A DNA stretch of 64,000 nucleotides from Bacilli bacterium (GTDB lineage Bacteria; Bacillota_I; Bacilli_A; RF39; UBA660). Positions 56,732-64,000 of the stretch are shown here, piece after piece (within the stretch, counting starts at the first letter, position 1; every line of letters begins with the position of its first letter). The notes under the pieces are model-generated. The model was not told where the DNA came from. It worked only from the letters and a program-made list of their open reading frames with translations, and searched no databases. The position numbers and the translations under genes are program-made. The DNA lies in NCBI GenBank assembly GCA_045627525.1, contig JAZQNW010000001.1:120270-184269 (forward strand). The letters run 5' to 3'.

Positions 56732-57271
56732 TTATAAATCTACTTCTATCTCCTCAAAATAACAATTAGGTATTTGAATATCTAATAAATTCCCATTTAA
56801 ATCCTTTTTATTTAGAATATGATGAAATGCTCTACATGGTGCACCATGAGTTACAATCAAAATATCCTTTCCATCATAATTTTCCTTAACATATCTTAAA
56901 AAATCTTTGCAACGATTAAAAACATCTTGAACTTTTTCTATCCCCAAGTCACCATTATTTGCCTCATAATCCCAATATTTTTTTGCATCATATAAAGATC
57001 TATCTTTTCCTTCTAATTCTCCCATATTTCTCTCAACAAGCCTCATATCTGGAAAAGTTTCTACTCTCTCACCTATTAAAATAATTGCTGTTTCAACAGT
57101 TCTTAAAAGCGGAGACATAAAACAAATATCATAATGTTTATCCTTTATTTTTTCCTTTAATTTTCGACATTGTCTTCTACCAGTTTCATTTAAATATGCA
57201 TTCGATAATCCTTGTATTTTATTTTCATAATTAAAATCTGTTTCACCATGCCTTACTAATGTAATTCTCAT
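56732..57271 (-). CDS. Histidine phosphatase (phosphoglycerate mutase family)
   Basis: RHG motif (ITLVRHGETDFN) and the second His region (VTHGAPCRA). Confidence 0.8.
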   Translation of the reverse strand: MRITLVRHGETDFNYENKIQGLSNAYLNETGRRQCRKLKEKIKDKHYDICFMSPLLRTVETAIILIGERVETFPDMRLVERNMGELEGKDRSLYDAKKYWDYEANNGDLGIEKVQDVFNRCKDFLRYVKENYDGKDILIVTHGAPCRAFHHILNKKDLNGNLLDIQIPNCYFEEIEVDL

Positions 57272-58497
57272 TACCTAACCTCCAAAACTTTAAAAGCATC
57301 ACTATAAATTATAAATTTACTAAGATAGCTTCCATCTTCATATGAAGAATAATCAGATACAAAATAATTATTATCAATAACTTTTATATCAGTAAAATGA
57401 TCATCCCTCTCTTCTCCGTATTTGACTAACTTAACTAATTTTAAATCATCCTTATATTTTGCTATTATACCATCATATTTTAATATATTAACATTAGTAT
57501 TATCCTTATTAGAATCATTCACAGCAGACGAACCAATAACAATTAAGTCATTATTTTCATTTTTTATAATTCGATTAAAACGATCATTTTCTATTTCTTC
57601 ATAACTACTTTCCGTTACATAATTACAATTAAAATCATATTTTACCAATAAAGCATCAACTCTTGCATCATTTTGATTTGTCATTTTTTTTGCACCACTA
57701 ACAATTAAACTATTATCGGAATCTACAATGCTAGTAAAGCCAAAATTATCAGTATATTTGTAATCATTACTATCTATATAATTACCATCTAAATCGTACT
57801 TAACAATAATTCCTAAACGATCAGAATCTTTACCAACAACATAAATATTATTATTAATAATAATTACATCATTAAAAATAGCTGATTTATTATTACCAAA
57901 ATTTCTCTGCCATAACAATTTACCATTTTTATCATATTTTACTAATAAAGCTCCACCATCAGATGAATTACCTAAAGTCATATCCTCATATATACTTTGT
58001 CCAACAACAATATAACCATCTTCTACAACTTTTACATTTACAAATTTTGAATTACCTAAAATTTGCAAAGAATTTTCAAATAAAATTTCACCAGCTGCAT
58101 CATATTTTACAATAAGAGCTGTGCGTAAATTTTTCTTTCTTTCCCTATTAGTAGCTTGATAACTTCCAACAGCAATACTTTCACCATTATCATTAGCAAC
58201 TCCTAAAAATACACTATTATAACCTTTATTATAAATTTTCTCATATTTTTTATTACTTTTAATATCAAATTTAGTTATTTTTGCTTTTTCATAATGCTTT
58301 TTATTATCATTGTTACTACCAACAGCAACGTAATCTTTTAAAACAACATCCATAGCATTAATACTATCAAAATAAATTGACTGAGCTGATTTCAAGAAGG
58401 TAGAATACGCCAAATAAAATAATTCCACACCCAAAAGAATACCACATACAATAGAAATTTTTTTAAATAATTTTAATACATTTTTTTGCATATACAC
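57271..58497 (-). CDS. Membrane-anchored repeat protein (four or more roughly 50-aa blades, beta-propeller-like)
   Basis: Repeats of hhVVG..(5-20)..DAhLVKYDxxG (for example YIVVGQS...GGALLVKYDKNGKLLW, IYVVGKD...LGIIVKYDLDGNYI, LIVSGAKK...DALLVKYDFNCNYV) follow an N-terminal TM segment. Confidence 0.4.
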   Translation of the reverse strand: MYMQKNVLKLFKKISIVCGILLGVELFYLAYSTFLKSAQSIYFDSINAMDVVLKDYVAVGSNNDNKKHYEKAKITKFDIKSNKKYEKIYNKGYNSVFLGVANDNGESIAVGSYQATNRERKKNLRTALIVKYDAAGEILFENSLQILGNSKFVNVKVVEDGYIVVGQSIYEDMTLGNSSDGGALLVKYDKNGKLLWQRNFGNNKSAIFNDVIIINNNIYVVGKDSDRLGIIVKYDLDGNYIDSNDYKYTDNFGFTSIVDSDNSLIVSGAKKMTNQNDARVDALLVKYDFNCNYVTESSYEEIENDRFNRIIKNENNDLIVIGSSAVNDSNKDNTNVNILKYDGIIAKYKDDLKLVKLVKYGEERDDHFTDIKVIDNNYFVSDYSSYEDGSYLSKFIIYSDAFKVLEVR

Positions 58498-58585
58498 CCT
58501 CCTTATAATAATATTATCAAAAAGAAATATCTTTTACCACAATAAAAAAGAAAATAATTTTAAAAATTATTTTCCAGTGTAAAAT

Positions 58586-59812
58586 CTAGCAAAATGCACC
58601 TATATAATATTTCTTTTTTCCTCTTCTTACCACTGCATATTTTAAACCAATGCATTTATCCTTTGTAACAACAAAATCTAAATCTGTAACCTTATCACCA
58701 TTAAAGTTTATAGAACCATTACCAATAAATTCTCTAGCTTCTCGTTTACTAGAACAAATTTTATTATCAACTAATAAATCTATCAATAATGTATCCTCTT
58801 TAATTTCAAATTTAGGAGCATCTTTAAACAATTCCTCTATTTCCTCAGAGTTTAATCCTTTTACATTGCCACTAAATAAAGCTTCACTCATTCTTACTGC
58901 TTTATTAAATTCGTCTTCTCCATGTAAATCACAAATAATTTCACGAGCCAACGCTTTATGAGCTTCTCTTAATTCAGGATGATCATTATGCTTTTTCTCT
59001 AAATCTTCTATTTCTTCTCGTGATAAGAATGTCAACATTTTTAGATATTGAATAATCATCGAATCTTCCAAATTAACTAAATATTGATATAACTCATAAC
59101 TTGACGTTTTATTCTTATCAAGCCATAAAGCATTGCCTTCACTTTTACCAAACTTTTTACCTGTTGAATCAGTAACCAAAGGCATAACCATACCATAAGC
59201 TTCTTTATCTAATTTTTTTCTAATTAATTCTATTCCAGAAGTAATATTTCCCCATTGATCAGAACCAGCAACTTGTAAAGTACAATTTCTAGTTTCATAT
59301 AAATGTAAGAAATCTAAAGCTTGCAAAATCATATAAGAAAATTCAGCATATGTAATTCCTGTTTCTAATCTAGTCTTTACTTTATCCTTTGCTAACATAT
59401 AATTTACATTAAAAAACTTACCATAGTCACGTAAAAAATCTATTACGTTAATATCTTTAGTCCAATCAAAATTATTAACAACTTCAAAACCAAATATTTT
59501 CTCAGCTTGCGCTTTTAAACCAGCAAAATTCTTTTCTACTGCTTCCTTAGTAATCATAGGTCTTTCTGCTGTTGGCTTAGGATCACCAATCATACCAGTT
59601 GCTCCACCTACCAATAATAATGGATGATGTCCAGCATTAGCAAGTCTTCTACATATCAAAAATGATGAATAATGACCTATGTGCATAGAATCAGCAGTTG
59701 GATCAGTTCCTATATAAAAAGTAAGACCACCTTCATTTAACTTATCTATTAATTCAGGACTACTAATATCTTGTATTAATCCTCTCCATTTTAAATCTTC
59801 ATAAACTGTCAT
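58586..59812 (-). CDS. tyrS: Tyrosine--tRNA ligase
   Basis: HIGH (ADSMHIGH) and KMSKS (KFGKS) motifs are present, with a C-terminal S4 domain. Confidence 0.95.
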   Translation of the reverse strand: MTVYEDLKWRGLIQDISSPELIDKLNEGGLTFYIGTDPTADSMHIGHYSSFLICRRLANAGHHPLLLVGGATGMIGDPKPTAERPMITKEAVEKNFAGLKAQAEKIFGFEVVNNFDWTKDINVIDFLRDYGKFFNVNYMLAKDKVKTRLETGITYAEFSYMILQALDFLHLYETRNCTLQVAGSDQWGNITSGIELIRKKLDKEAYGMVMPLVTDSTGKKFGKSEGNALWLDKNKTSSYELYQYLVNLEDSMIIQYLKMLTFLSREEIEDLEKKHNDHPELREAHKALAREIICDLHGEDEFNKAVRMSEALFSGNVKGLNSEEIEELFKDAPKFEIKEDTLLIDLLVDNKICSSKREAREFIGNGSINFNGDKVTDLDFVVTKDKCIGLKYAVVRRGKKKYYIGAFC

Positions 59813-60354
59813 TTTCTTTCCTCCTCTAATTTCAAAATCTTTACTTTCTTTATATCATGACCATAATCTTTATATATGCTATCAACACTTTTAGTAGTAA
59901 TATTTTCTTCACTAAATCCTAAAAATTCAAGCGTATTATATACAGATTCTTCACTTGGCCCTTCAATTTCCATATATGTTGGTATTAATGGCCAATAATC
60001 AATATCTATTTCAACCCCATTCAATGTATATTGCATTCTTCTATTTTCTTGATACCCTCGTGCTTCATAACCTAATTCCTTTAATATTAGATTACATCTG
60101 TCAAAATCATCAACAGTAATTTCCAATTCTTGCGTACCATCAATCTTTGAAGTAACAACATTTTTTATTGTAAGAGTTGTATCAACTCCATTTGTACGAA
60201 GACGTATCCATTTAGAATCTTCTTTAGGAATAAAATCATATACATATCTTCTTTGCAAACGATCCCATTCAAAATTTGCTCCTACACTTTCTAATTTTTT
60301 TATCACTTCATTAACATCAATTTCTAATATTCTAACTTCATATTCAGTATGCAT
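59809..60354 (-). CDS. CYTH-domain protein (triphosphate tunnel metalloenzyme; CyaB/ThTPase-like)
   Basis: The N-terminal EYEVRIL (ExExK-like) motif, the later RLRTNG...LTIK segment and YMEIEG fit the CYTH tunnel. The start is MHTEYEV after AGGAG, with a 4-nt overlap with tyrS. Confidence 0.7.
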   Translation of the reverse strand: MHTEYEVRILEIDVNEVIKKLESVGANFEWDRLQRRYVYDFIPKEDSKWIRLRTNGVDTTLTIKNVVTSKIDGTQELEITVDDFDRCNLILKELGYEARGYQENRRMQYTLNGVEIDIDYWPLIPTYMEIEGPSEESVYNTLEFLGFSEENITTKSVDSIYKDYGHDIKKVKILKLEEERK

Positions 60355-60375
60355 AAAATCTCCTTTCAACAAAAA

Positions 60376-60570
60376 AACTATCCTCCATAAGGACGAATAG
60401 TTCGCGGTACCACCTTACTTCATAGTAAAACTATGCACTCAACATCTTAACGCGATATACGATTTTCTCATAATAATGTAATTCATGATTAACTGATATT
60501 AGTTTCCACCAAACACTAATTCTCTATAAAATGCAATAAATCACTACTAAGTTATTAATCATCAAAAATA
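60376..60570 (-). promoter_or_regulatory. T-box riboswitch leader (Tyr specifier UAC) controlling the CYTH-tyrS operon
   Basis: The minus strand carries the conserved T-box AAGGUGGUACCGCG, with UGGU complementary to the acceptor end and an A discriminator. Stem I has AGUGA/AGAGA GA-motifs and a specifier loop GAAUUACA (UAC is Tyr). The terminator helix CUAUUCGUCC...GGAGGAUAG is followed by UUUUUUU. Confidence 0.75.
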
Positions 60571-60577
60571 TAAAAAT

Positions 60578-60605
60578 ATTATAACATAAAATTATTCTTT
60601 ATCAA
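60578..60605 (-). promoter_or_regulatory. Promoter of the T-box leader and CYTH-tyrS operon
   Basis: Minus strand TTGATA - 16 nt - TGtTATAAT (extended -10). Confidence 0.5.
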
Positions 60606-60634
60606 TAAAAAAAATAAGCTAAGCTTATTTTTTA
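60606..60634 (-). terminator. Terminator after the YtxH-like gene
   Basis: Hairpin ataagct-a-agcttat flanked by A/T runs. Confidence 0.55.
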
Positions 60635-61035
60635 GTCTTTTCTTCTAATTTTTTTACTATAGCTTTAGTAGAATCAACAACTTTTGTTTTCAATTCTTCA
60701 GCAGAGTCACGTAATACAGGTGTTCCTTTTTCTATAGCCATATCTACTAATTCTTGAGTTTTAGTTTTTAATTCTTTAATTTTACTTTTAGCAACATCTA
60801 AAACTTCTTCTTTATCTAAATCTGCTAGATCTGCTTTAATATCTTTTACCTTTTTATCAAATGCTTTTTTTATATCTTCGACTTCTAAATTTTTAACTTC
60901 TTTTGTTAAATTATCTAATTTAGCTTTTAATTCTTTTCTAGTTTTACTACCTTCTTTAGGAGCAAATAATACACCTAAACCTGCACCAATGGCAGCACCT
61001 AAAGCTAATTTCCCTAAACCACTTTTTTTACTCAT
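60625..61035 (-). CDS. YtxH-like (DUF948) general-stress membrane-associated protein
   Basis: It has a Gly-zipper N-terminus (GKLALGAAIGAGLGVLFAP) followed by a long Lys/Glu-rich helix. The start is MSKKSG after GGAGGA. Confidence 0.6.
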   Translation of the reverse strand: MSKKSGLGKLALGAAIGAGLGVLFAPKEGSKTRKELKAKLDNLTKEVKNLEVEDIKKAFDKKVKDIKADLADLDKEEVLDVAKSKIKELKTKTQELVDMAIEKGTPVLRDSAEELKTKVVDSTKAIVKKLEEKTKK

Positions 61036-61327
61036 CAATATCATCCTCCTCTTGATTTTTTGATTTTTTTCTTTTAAATACTTTTAATAAAGTTCCAGTT
61101 AAAGTACTTACTAAAGTATCGCTGATACCAGTAAATACTGCTGTAGTTTTATCGATAATTGCAAAGATTCCATTTAATGAATTAAGTTTTTTATCAACAT
61201 CATCTACAACTTTATCCACTTTATCTAATAATACTATAACTTTGACTCCCAAAATTATTAGTACTACTAATAGTATAATCCCCAAAGTATATAATAATAC
61301 CGGTAAAAAATAACTTATAAAATTCAT
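61028..61327 (-). CDS. DUF948-like small membrane protein (YtxG-like)
   Basis: N-terminal TM then helical segment; conserved pairing with YtxH-like gene. Confidence 0.45.
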   Translation of the reverse strand: MNFISYFLPVLLYTLGIILLVVLIILGVKVIVLLDKVDKVVDDVDKKLNSLNGIFAIIDKTTAVFTGISDTLVSTLTGTLLKVFKRKKSKNQEEDDIDE

Positions 61328-61338
61328 AATATTCTCCT

Positions 61339-62403
61339 TTACTCTTGATCTTGATACATTGAATCAATTAAATCAAATAAATTGTCATCGTCTAAATCAT
61401 CATTTTTATCATTTTTTTTATTTTCACTATCATCTGGCTCTACTATTGGCAATCGATCAGGAATTAAATCTGTAGCATATACTTCTTTTTCTCTTCTTGG
61501 TGTAGTACTCTTTTTACCTGCATCAACATAATCAACATTGTATTCTAATCCTAAATCTTGATAATATTCTATCGCATCACCCATAGTAACTTCCTTAACT
61601 TCAGGAGTTGCTTCCTCATTTAAATCTACAAATAGATTAGACTCCTCCTCTACTTCAAAAGTTGGTGATTCTAATTTTTCTTCAAACCTCTTGGCAGTTT
61701 CATTGTCTTCACCATAAGCTTTCATTCTAACTTCATCAACAGATAACTTATCTTTAGAAAAACTACTAGAAGGACGAATTTCACGTTTTTGAACAACATC
61801 TTCTTTTTTATAATTTTTATCTAAAATACCATAAATTGGTGAAATTATTGGAGATGGTCTAAAATAATTTCTTTCTTCTTTCCTATCATAAGCATTATAT
61901 TCACTAACACTATTACGAGGTGATTCATCTTCACCATAAGGTAAATGCTTCTTTTCTGGCTTACTTGGATATAAAGGTTTCTCTGGACGATTATTAGAAT
62001 AAGTTTCTTTTTCTATAACTTTAACTATTTGCGGTTCTATTTCTGGATAATCAGGTTCCTCTTCAACTTTAAAGTCATCATCATCCAAAATCATAAAATC
62101 ATTGTGTTTTTCTGAAAGATTAGCAGGAATAACAGGTTCAAATTCTTCAGTTTCAAATTTTAAACTATCATTTTTTTCTTCTTTTCTATCAGGTAAAACA
62201 ACTTTTTTAGCTATAGGTTTATTTTCGACTTCATCTTCATAATCCACATTTTCTACCTTTAACTTTTCTTTAATTGCGCTCTTCACACTACCCTTAGATT
62301 TATTTCCTGTTTTCTTCGGAACAGGTTTCTTTTTTGGTTTTTCTTCAACCTCAACATATTCTTCTTCAAAAAGTACATTTTTTAATTTATCAAGTATACC
62401 CAT
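61339..62403 (-). CDS. Hypothetical acidic, Glu/Lys/Pro-rich low-complexity protein
   Basis: ORF with strong codon continuity; no motifs. Confidence 0.3.
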   Translation of the reverse strand: MGILDKLKNVLFEEEYVEVEEKPKKKPVPKKTGNKSKGSVKSAIKEKLKVENVDYEDEVENKPIAKKVVLPDRKEEKNDSLKFETEEFEPVIPANLSEKHNDFMILDDDDFKVEEEPDYPEIEPQIVKVIEKETYSNNRPEKPLYPSKPEKKHLPYGEDESPRNSVSEYNAYDRKEERNYFRPSPIISPIYGILDKNYKKEDVVQKREIRPSSSFSKDKLSVDEVRMKAYGEDNETAKRFEEKLESPTFEVEEESNLFVDLNEEATPEVKEVTMGDAIEYYQDLGLEYNVDYVDAGKKSTTPRREKEVYATDLIPDRLPIVEPDDSENKKNDKNDDLDDDNLFDLIDSMYQDQE

Positions 62404-62420
62404 GAACTCACCTCTTTATA

Positions 62421-63080
62421 TTATTCATCATCAAGTTCCAATTCTTCTTGATCCTTAGCCTTACTATATTCCTTATCATATCGGCTAACAACTTCTAAAA
62501 AGTCTTCTTGTGAAGTCTCTGTATCAAACAATGTGAAAATTTCTTCAGCATAACTTAATACATTATCACCAATTAAACTTTCCAAAATCTTATCATTAAA
62601 TTTAATAGATCTAAGTATATAACACATATTATCTATAACATAAGATAAACTTTTCTTATCAGCTATAGTCTCAATTTTGGCATAATTAAATACCATTTCT
62701 ACATAATACTTTCCCTTAGACTCATTTATTTCAATATAACCTTCACTTTTATTGTAACTCAATTTACTAGAATAATAAGCTGAATCATTAACCTCATATG
62801 TACTTGGTATTTTGTGATATCGACTAATAGCATCAACATATAAATAATATTTATTATTATATTTATCTCTTAAAACTGCGTTGTATTCTTGTTTGTTAAG
62901 AAATTTTAAACCCTCTGGAATATAATATTTATATCCTTCAAAATTAACATTATAAAACTTGTTTTTTTCACTAAGCAAAGTTTTAATGTTCTTAGCATAA
63001 TCATTTTTATCAAGAGGCGTAACACTACAGCCTGTCATAAAAATTAAAATTGTAGAGAGCAAAACTATTAATTTTTTCAT
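62421..63080 (-). CDS. Hypothetical lipoprotein
   Basis: Signal peptide with lipobox (LIFMTGCS). Confidence 0.45.
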   Translation of the reverse strand: MKKLIVLLSTILIFMTGCSVTPLDKNDYAKNIKTLLSEKNKFYNVNFEGYKYYIPEGLKFLNKQEYNAVLRDKYNNKYYLYVDAISRYHKIPSTYEVNDSAYYSSKLSYNKSEGYIEINESKGKYYVEMVFNYAKIETIADKKSLSYVIDNMCYILRSIKFNDKILESLIGDNVLSYAEEIFTLFDTETSQEDFLEVVSRYDKEYSKAKDQEELELDDE

Positions 63081-63152
63081 ATTTCACCTACTCTTATTAC
63101 ATTATATCAAATTTTTTTCAAATGTAAAAATATTTTCTATTGTTTTACTATA

Positions 63153-63788
63153 TTAGACATCATCTTTTACCGCAACTACAGAATAAATAGGCATTCCTTT
63201 ATCAGCAAATTTATCTTCATATTCCGTAGTTATTCTAAATGGATCATCTACTTCATGTAAATCAAAACTAATATCTTTTAAAACATAACCATATTCACTG
63301 AAACTCATTAATGAATATATATACAAATCCCTATTATCAGTTCTCATATATATTTTTTTTGAATCCTTAAATATGCCATCGTATTTTTCTAAGAATACCT
63401 TACTTGATAATCTTCTTGAACTATGTCGAATTTTAGGCCATGGATCTGAAAAATTTAAATAAATTCTGTCAACTTCACTAGAAAAAACTTTATCTATCAT
63501 CAATGCATCCATTCTAACAATTATCAAATTATCTAAACCATCAGGAATTTTAGGTAAACATCTAGCAACTATACTATCGAATTTTTCTATACCAATAAAA
63601 TTAATATTTGGATATTTTATAGCATTTTCAATAATAAATTTCCCTTTTCCCATACCAATTTCAATATATATTGGTTGAACCTTTTTAAATTTTTTATTCC
63701 AATTACCAACATATCTTTCAGGATTCCTTACTAAATATTTTGAATTATTCATTATTTCTTCTTTATTTTTAACATTTCTAAGTCTCAT
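63153..63788 (-). CDS. trmB: tRNA (guanine46-N7)-methyltransferase
   Basis: SAM-binding motif (IEIGMGKGKF) and TrmB-family length. Confidence 0.85.
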   Translation of the reverse strand: MRLRNVKNKEEIMNNSKYLVRNPERYVGNWNKKFKKVQPIYIEIGMGKGKFIIENAIKYPNINFIGIEKFDSIVARCLPKIPDGLDNLIIVRMDALMIDKVFSSEVDRIYLNFSDPWPKIRHSSRRLSSKVFLEKYDGIFKDSKKIYMRTDNRDLYIYSLMSFSEYGYVLKDISFDLHEVDDPFRITTEYEDKFADKGMPIYSVVAVKDDV

Positions 63789-63859
63789 AAAATCACCACT
63801 TATATTTTATCACAAATTAATAAATAACGCATATAATAAAAAGAAAGACAGGTTGATAA

Positions 63860-64000
63860 TATGAATAATATGCCTTACCCTTTTATGCCACCAATAATAT
63901 ACCCTCAAATAAATTATGACGAAGAATTAAAAAAAATAAGATATGAAATAGAAGAAATAAAAAAAAGAATTGATCAATTAGAAAATAAACATACTAAAAA
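63860..64000 (+). CDS. Hypothetical protein, 5' partial (continues beyond window)
   Basis: ATG at 63860; MNNMPYPFMPPIIYPQ... then coiled-coil-like sequence; truncated by window end. Confidence 0.3.

Noticed and set aside
60376-60420. Hairpin plus U-run upstream of the CYTH gene considered as a simple terminator of an upstream gene
   Set aside because: The upstream gene on that strand has its own terminator at 60606-60634. The hairpin is directly preceded by the conserved T-box sequence, so it is the riboswitch terminator.
1-64000. Search for tRNA/rRNA genes and additional mobile elements
   Set aside because: I found no cloverleaf-compatible GC-rich segments, no rRNA-like blocks and no transposase- or integrase-like ORFs by eye. 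A tRNAscan or Infernal run would be needed to be definitive.

Overview
This window is a very AT-rich (roughly 25-30% GC), gene-dense chromosomal segment of an endospore-forming low-GC Firmicute. Coding is mostly on the minus strand. Local gene order resembles Bacillus subtilis: sufCDSUB; ftsY-ylxM-ffh; recA-pgsA-rodZ; gpsB-rnpB followed by recU-ponA; dnaD-nth; cca; hup-spoIVA with der; engB; nrnA-ackA; sspA-like SASP-thiI-ezrA; rpsD and tyrS; trmB. Sporulation markers present are SpoIVA, an alpha/beta-type SASP, a CotD-like protein and two uncalled YjcZ-like small peptides. I found one RNA gene, the RNase P RNA (type B) at about 37.0-37.4 kb on the minus strand. I found no tRNA or rRNA genes, no CRISPR array, and no IS element or transposase. 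The most notable locus is at 8.28-11.76 kb. There an ssbB-like single-strand-binding protein gene appears to be split by a roughly 3.1 kb insertion flanked by a 7-bp direct repeat. The insertion carries a four-gene minus-strand operon with a strong RBS at the first gene: an XRE-family HTH regulator, a 223-aa unknown with an R-x4-H motif, a 553-aa protein with about seven treble-clef zinc-ribbon repeats around a Vsr/DUF559-like PD-(D/E)xK nuclease core, and a minimal 99-aa SSB-like OB-fold protein. It encodes no integrase or transposase, so it may be an undescribed defence, abortive-infection or selfish cassette. A second unusual feature is a monocistronic HerA-type (HAS-barrel plus FtsK/HerA P-loop) ATPase with a roughly 280-aa disordered Asn/Ser/Pro/Gln-rich tail. 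It sits between ylxM and ffh with its own promoter and terminator and no partner nuclease. Other points are a Cpa-like thioester-domain adhesin with a VPDTG sorting signal next to a sortase, a Tyr-specific T-box leader controlling a CYTH-domain gene together with tyrS, an orphan gene inside the suf operon with a very short SufD, and a candidate LexA box at recA. All functional calls rest on motif and pattern recognition by eye; I ran no database search.
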